Source: Arenicellales bacterium (GTDB taxonomy: Bacteria; Pseudomonadota; Gammaproteobacteria; Arenicellales; JBFEOO01). Taken from it: a stretch of 64,000 bases of DNA. The position numbers were made by a program, and so were the translations under genes. The notes beneath the pieces are model-generated. The model was not told the origin of the DNA, did not search any database, and saw only the letters and a program-made list of their open reading frames with translations. The stretch is from NCBI GenBank assembly GCA_041550555.1, contig JBFEOO010000009.1, positions 2,162 through 66,161 of the forward strand. Reading direction: 5' to 3'. Positions 43,861 through 53,954 of this stretch are shown here, in pieces. Position 1 is the first letter of the stretch, and every line of letters begins with the position of its first letter.

Positions 43861-45450
43861 TCAGTACGCCGCGGCAATGCCGTCCCCGCGGGGGTCGGCG
43901 GCACCCTCGATAACACCGTCAGGGCGCCGCACGACTGCACCGGCATGCCCCATGCGCTCGTCGAATCCCGCAACGACCTCCACGTCATGGCCGGCACGGG
44001 CGAGCGCTTCGCGCACCTCGGCCGGGAAACGACGCTCTATCGTGAGATTGAGGCGCGGTGTTCCCCACGTACGCCCGAGCAGCCAGCGCGGCGCGGTTAC
44101 CGCCTGCTGCAACGGCTGGTCATACATGGCGTAGCGGCTGAACACGGCGGCCTGGCTCTGTGGCTGGCCGTCACCGCCCATGCACCCGTAGACCATGAGG
44201 CGCCCGTCGCGCAACCTTGCCAGCGCGGGATGGATCGTGTGAAAGGGGCGTCGGCCCGGCGCGAGCGCATTGGGCGCCTTGGCGTCGAGGCGAAAGCTGG
44301 CACCGCGATTCTGCCAGGTGATGCCCGTCTGCGGCAGAACGAGGCCGGAGCCGAACTCCCAGTAGATGCTCTGTATGAAGCTCACCGCCCGGCCGGCGCC
44401 GTCGATGGCACCAAGCCAGACGGTGTCCCCGCGCGCCTCGCCCGTCGCCCAGGGCGCTGCCTGCGCCAGGTCGATCTCCCCGGCCAAGGCGTCGAGGCGC
44501 GCTGCATCGAGATACTCCCGCGGGTCGACGCGCATGGTTGCCGGGTCGGCGATGTGCGCGTCGCGGACGCGGAACGCGCTTTTGGTCGCCTCGATCAGCC
44601 GGTGCACGTGATCGAAGCCATCCGCCTCCGGCGGACGCATGCGATCGAAGAGGGCGAGAATGATCAGCGAGGCGAGCCCCTGCGTAGGCGGTGGCAGCTG
44701 ATAGACCCTGGCGCAGTCGAGATCCACGCTGAGCGGGGAGACGCTGAGCGCCCGGTGAGCATGCAGATCGGCTGCACGAAGCGGGCTGTCGACGTGGGCG
44801 AGATCGGCGGCGAGCGAGGCGGCAAGCTCACCGCGGTAGAAGTCGTCGAGTCCTCTGCGTGCGAGCTGCTCCAGGGTCGCCGCCAGGCGTGGCTGACGCA
44901 GCGGCGCCCCGACGGTCGGGGCCTGATCCCCGTTCAAGAACACCTCGGCGAAGCCCGGGCATGGGAGCAGCTCATCGAGATGGTCAGCGGTGTTCTGGTG
45001 CTGACTGCGGGTGGTAGGGACGCCCGCATTGGCGTAATAGATGGCGTCCTCGAACAGCCGTGCGAGGGGCAGCCGCCCGCCCCAGCGCGCCGCGATATCG
45101 AGCGCCGCCGCCCACCCCGACACAGCGCCGGCGACGGTGATGGCGGCAAGAGGGCCGCGCGTGGGCATATTTTCGTAGCCGAGGTGACGATAGAAGTCGA
45201 TCGAGACCGCGCTCGCCGCGGCACCGCAGGCGTCGATGGCGGTCGGCGCGCCGTCGCCGCCGGTCAGTAGCCAGAAATTGTCGCCGCCCAAACTGTTCAT
45301 ATGTGGATAGACGACGGCGATGGTGGCGCCGGCCGCCACCATCGCCTCGATGGCGTTGCCGCCCTCGCGCAGCACGCGTAATCCTGCTTGCGCGGCGAGG
45401 TGATGCGGGGCGACGACCATGCCGCGGGTAGCTCGTGGGGTGTGCCGCAT
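43861..45450 (-). CDS. GGT-family Ntn hydrolase, oxamate amidohydrolase HpxW-like
   Basis: GMVVAPHHLAAQAG...IAVVYPHMNSLGGD, GDTVW nucleophile, SFIQSIYWEFGSG and MGGDGQPQSQ; resembles the HpxW subfamily from recall. Confidence 0.85.
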   Translation of the reverse strand: MRHTPRATRGMVVAPHHLAAQAGLRVLREGGNAIEAMVAAGATIAVVYPHMNSLGGDNFWLLTGGDGAPTAIDACGAAASAVSIDFYRHLGYENMPTRGPLAAITVAGAVSGWAAALDIAARWGGRLPLARLFEDAIYYANAGVPTTRSQHQNTADHLDELLPCPGFAEVFLNGDQAPTVGAPLRQPRLAATLEQLARRGLDDFYRGELAASLAADLAHVDSPLRAADLHAHRALSVSPLSVDLDCARVYQLPPPTQGLASLIILALFDRMRPPEADGFDHVHRLIEATKSAFRVRDAHIADPATMRVDPREYLDAARLDALAGEIDLAQAAPWATGEARGDTVWLGAIDGAGRAVSFIQSIYWEFGSGLVLPQTGITWQNRGASFRLDAKAPNALAPGRRPFHTIHPALARLRDGRLMVYGCMGGDGQPQSQAAVFSRYAMYDQPLQQAVTAPRWLLGRTWGTPRLNLTIERRFPAEVREALARAGHDVEVVAGFDERMGHAGAVVRRPDGVIEGAADPRGDGIAAAY

Positions 45451-45648
45451 TCGACGTTTCCTCCGGTTAGTTCTCTGACAGCCCCGGCACGGATAGGTAG
45501 TGCCAACGCGAACCGCTCACGAACGCCCGGCGGTCGATGCTTCGAGTCCCGATCTCAGGTGGTTCCGCGACTGCGGCCGTTCGGCGACCGACGAGCAGCC
45601 TTGCGCTTCGAGGAGGACGGCCTCCACGACCAAAGCCCGCCGGTGTCC

Positions 45649-46464
45649 TCAGCAGGCGACGGGGTTGGTCAGCGAGCGGCCTCCCATAGCGATCTGAACA
45701 ACGTCACCCACCTCGAGCGTGAAGTCGTCCGGGGGAACGATCCCCGCGCCCGTCATTAGAAATACGCCTTCCGGGAAGGCGAGTTCTCGGAACAGCCACT
45801 CGACGAGTTCTTCGAGACCTCGTTTCATCTGCGATGTGGTCGTTTGGCCCTCGAATACCATCTGTGTCCCGCGGCGAATCTCCAGGCGGATGGCGAGGTC
45901 CCGTTGAGCGGTGGCATCCGCGATGACAACGCCCGGTCCGAGAGCGCAGCTGCCGTCGTAGATCTTGGCCTGAGGCAGATAAAGCGGATTCTCGCCCTCG
46001 ATGTCGCGTGACGACATGTCATTGCCAATGGTGTAACCGACGATCTCCGCATGCCGATTGACGACCAGCGTGAGCTCCGGCTCGGGTACGTTCCAGCGCG
46101 CGTCGCGGCGGATGCGAACCGGCTGTCCGGGACCTGCGGTGCGCCACCCGGGGGCCTTGAAGAACAGCTCTGCCCGCTGGGCCTCGTAGACCTTCTCGTA
46201 GATGTCCTTGGTCTGCGACTCGACCACCCGTGCTTCGCGGCTGCGCAGATAGGTCACGCCGCTGGCCCAGACTTCCTGCCCCGGCTCGATGGGCGGCAGC
46301 AGGTCGTCGCCCGTCCGCTCGTCGCCGGCAGCGGCAGCCAGCACGGGCCGGAGCGCGGCAGCGGGCAGCTCGAGCAGCGTGCCGAGAACCAGCGAGGGCG
46401 GCAGCAATCGGCCGTCGACCGCCCAGCGCGGACCGTGCGCGGTGGCGTGTCGCGTCAGAAACAT
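45649..46464 (-). CDS. FAH-superfamily 2-keto-3-deoxy-pentonate dehydratase-like (KdaD/XacE type)
   Basis: EVWASGVTY, IYEKVYEAQRAELFFKA, PEPEL, NDMSSRDIEGENPLYLPQAK. Start ATG 46464. Confidence 0.8.
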   Translation of the reverse strand: MFLTRHATAHGPRWAVDGRLLPPSLVLGTLLELPAAALRPVLAAAAGDERTGDDLLPPIEPGQEVWASGVTYLRSREARVVESQTKDIYEKVYEAQRAELFFKAPGWRTAGPGQPVRIRRDARWNVPEPELTLVVNRHAEIVGYTIGNDMSSRDIEGENPLYLPQAKIYDGSCALGPGVVIADATAQRDLAIRLEIRRGTQMVFEGQTTTSQMKRGLEELVEWLFRELAFPEGVFLMTGAGIVPPDDFTLEVGDVVQIAMGGRSLTNPVAC

Positions 46465-46477
46465 GGCGCAGCGGGAC

Positions 46478-47404
46478 TCATTCCTTGACGGCACCTGTCA
46501 TGGACGAGACATAGTGCTCGACGAAGAAGGAGTAGACGATCGCCACCGGCACCGAGCCCAGCAGCGCGCCGGCCATGAGCGGTCCCCAGTGGTAGATGTC
46601 TCCTTCGACGAGCTCGCTGAGTACGGCGACGGGGACCGTCTTGTTCTCCGAAGACAGGATGAACGTGAGCGCGTAGATGAATTCGTTCCAGCACAGGGTG
46701 AAGGCGAAGATGCCGGCGGAGATGATGCCCGGAATGGACAGCGGCAGCACGATCTTGGTCAGGATCTGCCAGCGCGATGCGCCGTCGATTAGGGCGCACT
46801 CCTCCAGCTCGTAGGGGATCGACTTGAAGTAGCCCATGAGCAGCCAGGTGCTGAACGGAATCAGGATGGTCGGGTAGGTCAGTATCAGCGCCAGAGGGCT
46901 GTCGAAAAGACCGTACTCCGAAACCAGTATCGACAACGGAATGAACAGAATGCTCGGGGGTACCAGATAGGCGAGAAAGATCATGCCGCCTATCCACTGC
47001 GAGCCGGAATAGCGTATGCGCACTATGGCGTAGGCGGCCATCACACTGGCGACGATGGACAGGAAGGTCGCCACGACGGCAACCATCATCGTGTTCCACA
47101 TCCAGTTCGGATAGTCGGTTTCGAAGAGCAGCTTGGCATAGTGCGCGAGCGTCGGGCTCGTCACCCACCACGGATTGTGGTTCGCCATGTCGATCAGCTC
47201 TTCGTTGGGTTTGACGCTCGTCAGCGCCATCCAGTAGAAGGGAAACAACAGAACGATGAGAAATATGCAGACGGGAATGTAGATCGTGACGACCCGACGC
47301 GGCAGCGTCGAGAGGTAAGACATCCCTTCCTCTTCGAGCCGCTTTGCGTCCTGCCAGCGGCTGATGAATCCCTTCTTGCTGGTGTCGACGGCGGTGTTGG
47401 CCAT
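46478..47404 (-). CDS. Carbohydrate (CUT1) ABC permease
   Basis: FPFYWM, EAA motif IPYELEECALIDGAS, WNEFIYAL and WGPLMA. Confidence 0.94.
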   Translation of the reverse strand: MANTAVDTSKKGFISRWQDAKRLEEEGMSYLSTLPRRVVTIYIPVCIFLIVLLFPFYWMALTSVKPNEELIDMANHNPWWVTSPTLAHYAKLLFETDYPNWMWNTMMVAVVATFLSIVASVMAAYAIVRIRYSGSQWIGGMIFLAYLVPPSILFIPLSILVSEYGLFDSPLALILTYPTILIPFSTWLLMGYFKSIPYELEECALIDGASRWQILTKIVLPLSIPGIISAGIFAFTLCWNEFIYALTFILSSENKTVPVAVLSELVEGDIYHWGPLMAGALLGSVPVAIVYSFFVEHYVSSMTGAVKE

Positions 47405-47425
47405 GGTTCGTATCCCGTCGCCCGT

Positions 47426-48373
47426 TCAGTCGTTGCCTTCGCCCTGCTGCCACTTGCGCCGCTGCAACCCGAACCAGCTGAACATGATGGCCGCGAGCAG
47501 AAACGGGATCATGGCCGTCGAGATGGCGGCGCCTTCACCAAGCGCTCCCCCCATGATGGCTCGCTGGAAGGATAGCGTCGCCATGAGGTGTGTGGCATTG
47601 GCGGGGCCGCCGCGGGTCAGCGCGTAGATCAGCTGGAAATCGGTGAACGTGAACAGCACGGAGAATGTCATCACCACGGCGATGATGGGCGTCAGCAGGG
47701 GGTAGGTGATGTGACGGAACATCTGCCAGCGGTTGGCGCCGTCAATGGTTGCGGCCTCGTACAGAGACTGCGGCACGGTCTGCAGCCCGGCAAGCAGGGT
47801 GATGGCGACGAAAGGAATGCCACGCCAGACGTTGGCGACGATCACCGCAATGCGGGCATTGTTCGGCTCGCCCAGGAAATCGATGTTCTGGGTGAGCAGA
47901 CCGAGCTCTTTGAGCGACCAGCTGATGATCGAGAACTGAGCGTCGTAGATCCACCAGAAAGCGATCGCGGAGAGCACGGTGGGAACGATGAACGGCAGCA
48001 GGACGACGGCGCGGATCATCGCCTTGAAGGGCATGTTGTTGTTCAGGACGAGTGCGAGGTAGAGCCCGAGGCCGAATTTGAAAATCGACGCTACGATGGT
48101 GTAGAGGAAGGTGTTGAACACCGACATCCAGAACACCGGGTCTTCCCACAGCCAGGCAAAGTTCTCTAGGCCGATGAACACGCCGGGACGACTCAGCGTC
48201 CGGTCGGTGAAGCTGAGCCAGATGCCGAGCCCCAGTGGCCAGGTCAGAAACACCAGCAGGAAAACGGCCGCCGGCAGCATGAACCACACGCCGAGCACAT
48301 TGCGGTGCGTCGTCAACCACGCCAGCGGGGAGCGATCGGCCGGGCTCGCAATCGTCTGTGCGCTAGTTGCCAT
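47426..48373 (-). CDS. Carbohydrate (CUT1) ABC permease
   Basis: FIGLENF, LAGLQTVPQSLYEAATIDGANRWQMFRHIT and GGPANAT. Confidence 0.94.
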   Translation of the reverse strand: MATSAQTIASPADRSPLAWLTTHRNVLGVWFMLPAAVFLLVFLTWPLGLGIWLSFTDRTLSRPGVFIGLENFAWLWEDPVFWMSVFNTFLYTIVASIFKFGLGLYLALVLNNNMPFKAMIRAVVLLPFIVPTVLSAIAFWWIYDAQFSIISWSLKELGLLTQNIDFLGEPNNARIAVIVANVWRGIPFVAITLLAGLQTVPQSLYEAATIDGANRWQMFRHITYPLLTPIIAVVMTFSVLFTFTDFQLIYALTRGGPANATHLMATLSFQRAIMGGALGEGAAISTAMIPFLLAAIMFSWFGLQRRKWQQGEGND

Positions 48374-48399
48374 CTGCTCTCGTTCCGATCGCGGTCAGT

Positions 48400-48428
48400 G
48401 GCGGGCCGCCCGGGACAGGCGGCCCGCC
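48400..48428. other. Perfect 11-bp GC stem-loop between the binding-protein and permease genes
   Basis: GGCGGGCCGCC-cgggaca-GGCGGCCCGCC. Such hairpins commonly stabilise binding-protein mRNA in ABC operons (inference). Confidence 0.6.
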
Positions 48429-48445
48429 GAGGTCGTACCGCTAAC

Positions 48446-49765
48446 TCACACCCTGTAGTAGCGGCTCGCCCGTTTCTCGGCCTGCTTGATGGCCTCCTCG
48501 GGCGACAGCTGGCCGGTGGCGGCCTGCGACACCATGTCGACGACGACGAAGTCGGCCAGCACGCCAGCCGCCGCATAACCGAGCGGCCCGGCATAGCCCA
48601 TGTCGAGCGAGCGCGTGTTGGCGTCCTTGAACACGCGCCGCTTCGGATCTTCGTTCCAGACCGGGTGATCCTCGAAACCCTTGAGCGTCTGCGTGAAGTA
48701 GCCCACGGACTCCTGCAGCCAGGCGTTGTACTGCGGTGCTTCCATGAGGAAGGCGAGCAGCGTCTTGCAGGCGTTCGGGTACTTGCTGTACTGGAACGCC
48801 TCGATCATGAACGGCAGCTGCAGCTCCGTCGGTTTGCCTACCGGGCCAATCGGGAAGTAGGCGTGGTCGATGTCGGCGGCCAGGTCGGTCATGCCTTCAC
48901 GCACCGCGGCCGCGTAGATGGAGATACCGTTGTTGGTGTAGGAAACCTCGCCGGAGAGAAACGCCTTGTTGTTGTTGCTGTCGTTCCAGCCGGCGGTGCC
49001 GGGGATCCAGTGCTGGTAGAGTTCCTTGATGTACTCCAGCGCCGCCTTGGTCTCCGGGCTGTTGATGACCACGTTGCCGTCCTCGTCGACGAGCTTGCCG
49101 CCGAACGCCCAGATCAGCCAGTGCGTCCAGGCGTTGCCGTCGCCCGTTGCCCGGCCGAGCGCCATGCCGCCGGGATGACCCGCCTTGTTGAGCTCCATGC
49201 TCACCTTGAGCAGGTCGTCCGTGGTCGCGGGAAACTTGTCCGCCCCGGCTTCTTTCAACCAGCTCGTTCGATAGTTGATGTAGTTGCCGCTCACGCACAG
49301 CGGAATGCCGATCCACTTGCCGTCACGAATTCCGTATCTCGCCGGGGTCTCGTACCAGCCCCCGTATTTCTCGCCCAGATAATTGGCAACGTCGGTGATG
49401 TCCAGCAGCTTGTCGGGAATCAGGTGCGGGATGGCCATGGGGCCCCAGATGACGTCCGGGCCTTTACCGACGTTGGCCGCCACAGCCGCCTTCGGCTGGA
49501 TGTCGTCGAGAAATTCCTTGTCCAGGCGCAATTTGATGCCGGTGGCTTCCTGGAAGGCTGCGATGTTCTTGTCGAACTGGATGTCCTCGGATTCGACGAA
49601 TCGATTCCAGCGCAGCATACGCAGCTCCGCGCCCGACTCCGGCTTGAACGGCATGGCCGCCGCCCAGGCTTTGGTCCAGTCGAGCAGCGACACGCCGCCC
49701 AACGCCGCACCGGCAGCGACGCCGGCGCCGGTCTTCAGTACATCCCGACGGGTGAACTTTCTCAT
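48446..49765 (-). CDS. Sugar ABC substrate-binding protein, Tat-exported
   Basis: Twin-arginine signal TRRDVLK; family-1 SBP features; operonic with CUT1 permeases. Confidence 0.92.
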   Translation of the reverse strand: MRKFTRRDVLKTGAGVAAGAALGGVSLLDWTKAWAAAMPFKPESGAELRMLRWNRFVESEDIQFDKNIAAFQEATGIKLRLDKEFLDDIQPKAAVAANVGKGPDVIWGPMAIPHLIPDKLLDITDVANYLGEKYGGWYETPARYGIRDGKWIGIPLCVSGNYINYRTSWLKEAGADKFPATTDDLLKVSMELNKAGHPGGMALGRATGDGNAWTHWLIWAFGGKLVDEDGNVVINSPETKAALEYIKELYQHWIPGTAGWNDSNNNKAFLSGEVSYTNNGISIYAAAVREGMTDLAADIDHAYFPIGPVGKPTELQLPFMIEAFQYSKYPNACKTLLAFLMEAPQYNAWLQESVGYFTQTLKGFEDHPVWNEDPKRRVFKDANTRSLDMGYAGPLGYAAAGVLADFVVVDMVSQAATGQLSPEEAIKQAEKRASRYYRV

Positions 49766-49844
49766 CGTGTCCTCCTGTAGCTTAGGGTCTTGGGTTGTTG
49801 AGTTGTCCTCTAAGCGGCGACAGCCTCAGCGGCGCCGCTTCGCT

Positions 49845-50921
49845 TCAATGCGTGATGCGCCTGTGTGTCTCGGCGTCGAAAACGTGCACGTGGTCGAGCC
49901 GCGGCCGCAGATAGACGTGCTTGCCGGCGCGGAAGTCGTGTCGCTCGCGGAACGCGGCCTGAACCTGGGTGCCTGCCATCGTCGCGACAACCAGCGTCTC
50001 CGATCCCGTCGGCTCGACCACGACGACCACCGTGTCCACGCCTTCGATGTCGGTGGCGAGCTCGAGATGTTCGGGACGTACGCCGAAAATCACCGACTGG
50101 CCGTCGGCACCGGCGACCTCGGGGCTGAGGCCGATCTCCGTGCCGTCGTCAGCGATCAGGCTGGCGGCCCCGTTGCGACGACTGAGCTTGCCGGGGATGA
50201 AGTTCATGGCCGGCGATCCGATAAAGCCCGCCACGAATAGATTTTCAGGATGATCGTACAGCTCGAGCGGTGCGCCGATCTGCTCGACGTTGCCGTCGTG
50301 CATGACGACGATCCGGTCGCCCATGGTCATGGCCTCGATCTGGTCGTGGGTGACGTAAATCGAGGTCACGTGAAGACGTTGGTGCAGCGCCCGGATCTCG
50401 GTGCGCATCTGCACCCGCAGTTTGGCGTCGAGGTTCGACAGCGGCTCGTCGAACAGGAAAACCTGCGGGTCGCGCACGATGCAGCGTCCCATGGCGACCC
50501 GTTGCCGCTGCCCGCCTGAGAGCTGGCGCGGGTAGCGGTCGAGAAACTCCACCAGATTGAGGGTCTCGGCGGCGCGTTGCACCCGCTCCGCGATGATGCG
50601 GGGATCGACCTTGGCCAACTTGAGGCTGAACGCCATGTTGTCGAAGACCTTCATGTGCGGGTAGAGGGCGTAATTCTGGAAAACCATGGCGATGTCGCGT
50701 TCCTTGGGCGGAACCTTGTTCACGATCCGGCCGCCGATGGAAATGTCGCCACCGGTAATGTTTTCCAGCCCCGCAATCATGCGCAGCAGGGTGGACTTGC
50801 CGCAGCCCGAAGGGCCGACGAGGACGACGAATTCCTGATCGGGAATGTCGATGTTGATGCCGTGTATGACCTCGTGCGCGCCAAACGATTTGCGCACGTC
50901 GCGGATCTCTACGGATGCCAT
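49845..50921 (-). CDS. Sugar ABC ATP-binding protein (MalK/UgpC-like)
   Basis: [41 protein letters not shown] and a TOBE tail. Confidence 0.97.
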   Translation of the reverse strand: MASVEIRDVRKSFGAHEVIHGINIDIPDQEFVVLVGPSGCGKSTLLRMIAGLENITGGDISIGGRIVNKVPPKERDIAMVFQNYALYPHMKVFDNMAFSLKLAKVDPRIIAERVQRAAETLNLVEFLDRYPRQLSGGQRQRVAMGRCIVRDPQVFLFDEPLSNLDAKLRVQMRTEIRALHQRLHVTSIYVTHDQIEAMTMGDRIVVMHDGNVEQIGAPLELYDHPENLFVAGFIGSPAMNFIPGKLSRRNGAASLIADDGTEIGLSPEVAGADGQSVIFGVRPEHLELATDIEGVDTVVVVVEPTGSETLVVATMAGTQVQAAFRERHDFRAGKHVYLRPRLDHVHVFDAETHRRITH

Positions 50922-51126
50922 CCGCTACGGCTCCTCCTGGTGCAAGCGCCGCTGTCGAGGTAGGCAGGCAATGCGCCGGTTGTTCTGGGCCGCGTCCGGG
51001 TCGACGCGTCCCGAGCAGTCTCTGCCGCGAGCCGCAGTGTAGCACACCTGCTGCGGGCCCGGGGCTGCACGCCCCACGGACATCCGCCGCCGTGGCTCGC
51101 CGGCCGGCGCGCATTCGCGCTGCACC

Positions 51127-52021
51127 TTACGCGAGTGAGTTCTCGGCACGGCCGCTGCGGCAGTCGGAGAGGTCGATCCAGCGCGGTTCCGCGGCGGAGC
51201 GATAGACCGCCTCCTCGATGTCGAGAGTGGGCAGATAGGCGCGCGCCTCGCTCTCGAGCGGTGCGCCGTGCAGGTAGTGCGACAGGACATGCGCCTGCAG
51301 CGCCAGCAGGCAGTCGCCGGCGAAGCCGCGGTCGTGCCAGAGCTAGGGGTGTTGGCGCTCGTCCCCGCCGTGCGGCTTCAGCCACAAACGGCCGAAGCCG
51401 TCGAGCCGCAGAATGCCCCGCGAGCCTTCGATCCACCTCTCCCCCATGGTGCGTCGCGTGTCGTCGCTGACGTGCTCGTTCAAACGGTCGCCGTCGAACG
51501 AACCCGCCGCACCGCTGGCAAAGCCGAACACGATATGGCCGGCGTCCTCACCGGCGATGGCGGGATTGAGCCTGCGCAGCCGGGCAGACAGCCCCGTGAT
51601 CTCGCCCATGAGAAATCGGAACCTGTCGATCCAGTGGATTGTTGTCTCGTGCACGATCGAAGTGACGCCGGCCGATTCCGCGCTGACGGTCAGCCGGACC
51701 GCCTCGTCGAAGCTCGGCGCCAGCGGTTTGTGGCAGATGCATGTCGCAGCCGGCGGCCGCGATCGCGCCCACCGGCTCGAGGTGAGACGCCGGGGGGCGT
51801 CATGATGTCCACGAGGTCGGGTGCGGTCTCGGCAAGCAGCGCCGCCGGCGCGTCGAAGACGGGGATGCGGCCGAATGCTTGCACGGCGGCGCGGGCCCGC
51901 GCGAGGTCGCCGTCGCAGACGCCCACCAGCTTCGCCCCGCGAGCCGGTGCCAGGCGTCGAGATGGTAAGCGGCGACATAGCCGGCGTCCAACACGGCCAC
52001 GCGCAGCGGCGCGCTCACCAC
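51127..52021 (-). pseudogene. Degraded Gfo/Idh/MocA oxidoreductase
   Basis: Homology is spread over several frames: LRVAVLDAGY, GVCDGD...DLVDIMTPP, ICHKPLAP...VHE/TTIHWIDRFRFL and DRGFAGDC. Frameshifts near 51926, 51790 and 51742, in-frame TAG at 51343-51345, and an apparent internal deletion after VHE. Confidence 0.85.
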
Positions 52022-52097
52022 GACACCGGCGGCCGCAGGGCGTCCCGCAAAAAGGGGTGTGCCGCCCTGCGCCCCACCCGGATCGCCGGCTCTGCGG

Positions 52098-53531
52098 TCA
52101 AGCGCTGACGTAGGCGGTCTTTACGAGCGTGTAGAACTCTGCGGCATAACGTCCCTGCTCGCGGGGACCATAGTTCGAGCCCTTACAACCACCAAAGGGC
52201 ACATGGTAGTCGACGCCCGCGGTGGGCAGGTTGACCATCACGAGACCGGCCTGGGCATGGCGCCGAAAATGGTCGGCGTGCTTGAGTGATTGTGTGCAGA
52301 TTCCCGACGACAAGCCGAAGGTGGTGTCATTGGCTACGGCCAGCGCCTCGTCGTAGTCCGAGACCCGAATCACACTGGCCACCGGGCCGAAGATTTCTTC
52401 CCGATTGATGGTCATGTCATTGCTCGTATCGGTGAACAACGTCGGAGAGAGGTAGAACCCGTCGTGCTCGCGCGAAAGGCGCTCGCCACCCGTGGCCAGC
52501 GTGGCCTCGTCGCTGCCGATCTCGATGTAACGCAGGTCTTGATCGAGCTGGGTCTGATCGACGACCGGCCCCATCTCGGTGCCGTCCTTGAGCGCATCGT
52601 CGACCTTGAGCGACTTGAGCCGCGTCACCATCGCGTCCACGAAGCGATCGTGAATGCCGTCGGTGACGACGAATCGCGAGGACGCCGTGCAGCGCTGTCC
52701 GGTGGAGAAGTAGGCGCCATTGACCGCGCAGGCGACCGCCGTGTCCAGATCGGCATCGTCGAGCACCACGAGAGGGTTCTTGCCGCCCATCTCGAGCTGC
52801 ACCCTGGCATGGCGTGCGGCGCAGGCTTGCGAGACGCGGCGCCCGATCTCCGCCGATCCGGTGAAGCTGATGCCGGCGATGCGCGAGGAGTGGAGCAGCG
52901 TTTCCCCTACCTCCGATCCACGCCCCATGACCAGGTTGAAGACGCCGGCCGGAATCCCCGAGCGGCTGATGATCTCGGCAAGCGCCCAGGCGCATCCGGG
53001 CACCAGGTCGGCCGGTTTGAAGACGACGCAGTTACCGTAGGCCAGCGCCGGCGCAATCTTCCACGCTGGAATTGCGATGGGGAAGTTCCACGGGGTGATC
53101 AGACCGACGACGCCGATCGGCTCGCGGGTGATCTCGACGCCGATACCCGGGCGTACCGACGGCAGCCGCTCGCCGGCCAGGCGCAGCACTTCCCCGGCGA
53201 AGAACTTGAAAATCTGACCGGCGCGGGCCGCCTCGCCTATACCTTCGGGCAGCGTCTTGCCCTCCTCCCGCGAGAGCAGACGGCCCAGCTCCTCTTTGCG
53301 CGCGAGAATCTCGCTGCCGATGAAATCGAGGGCATCGAAACGTTGCTGGATGCCGCTCAGTGACCAGCTGCCGAACGCTGCGCTGGCCGCATCGATCGCC
53401 TGCTGGGCATGGGTCCGGTCGGCCCGTGCATAGTCGCCGACGACATCGTCGGTATTGGACGGGTTGATGTTGTGATTGACGGCCTGACCGCCAACCCACT
53501 CCCCGCCGATGTAGTTGTCGTGCACATCCAT
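52098..53531 (-). CDS. NAD(P)+ aldehyde dehydrogenase, 2-oxoglutarate semialdehyde dehydrogenase-like
   Basis: ITPWNFPIAIP, FTGS, QLEMGGKN, STGQRCTA (catalytic Cys) and EEIFGPV. Start ATG 53531. Confidence 0.9.
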   Translation of the reverse strand: MDVHDNYIGGEWVGGQAVNHNINPSNTDDVVGDYARADRTHAQQAIDAASAAFGSWSLSGIQQRFDALDFIGSEILARKEELGRLLSREEGKTLPEGIGEAARAGQIFKFFAGEVLRLAGERLPSVRPGIGVEITREPIGVVGLITPWNFPIAIPAWKIAPALAYGNCVVFKPADLVPGCAWALAEIISRSGIPAGVFNLVMGRGSEVGETLLHSSRIAGISFTGSAEIGRRVSQACAARHARVQLEMGGKNPLVVLDDADLDTAVACAVNGAYFSTGQRCTASSRFVVTDGIHDRFVDAMVTRLKSLKVDDALKDGTEMGPVVDQTQLDQDLRYIEIGSDEATLATGGERLSREHDGFYLSPTLFTDTSNDMTINREEIFGPVASVIRVSDYDEALAVANDTTFGLSSGICTQSLKHADHFRRHAQAGLVMVNLPTAGVDYHVPFGGCKGSNYGPREQGRYAAEFYTLVKTAYVSA

Positions 53532-53954
53532 AGCTCGTCTCTCCAGGGGTTGTTTCTCCGGGGGCTGGCAGCCAGTGCGGCGTGCGTCCGCGGCGCGGCG
53601 GGTGCTGCGCGTCATGCGTGGCGGTCGCCGCGTGAGGCGCCGATGCGACTTCATCCGCGTCCCTCCGCACAAGCGCCCGGAAACGCCCGGCCACGCCCGT
53701 TCGCGCACCGGGTAGCACCCCGCGCGGGAGGGCCGACACCGCGTATGAGCGGTGCGCGGTCTCGCGCCTGCCCGCCGGCCAGCCGAGTCGGCCATGCGCT
53801 GATCTCACGGCGCGCCCCGGCGCGAGTGTATCACCAACTCACCGGCTCGCAGCACGTGTCGCGCGGTTATCAGCCAAGGCCGAGCTGTGTAGAATAACGT
53901 CCCGCTTTTTTCACCCGTGCCCAGCGCAAACGACCAGACCACCCGACGGCGCCT

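Noticed and set aside
53532-53954. Long GC-rich spacers (also 35216-35658, 54708-54950 and 61909-62221) as riboswitches or ncRNAs
   Set aside because: No recognisable riboswitch consensus, terminator or repeated operator was seen by eye. An Infernal/Rfam scan would be needed to claim anything.
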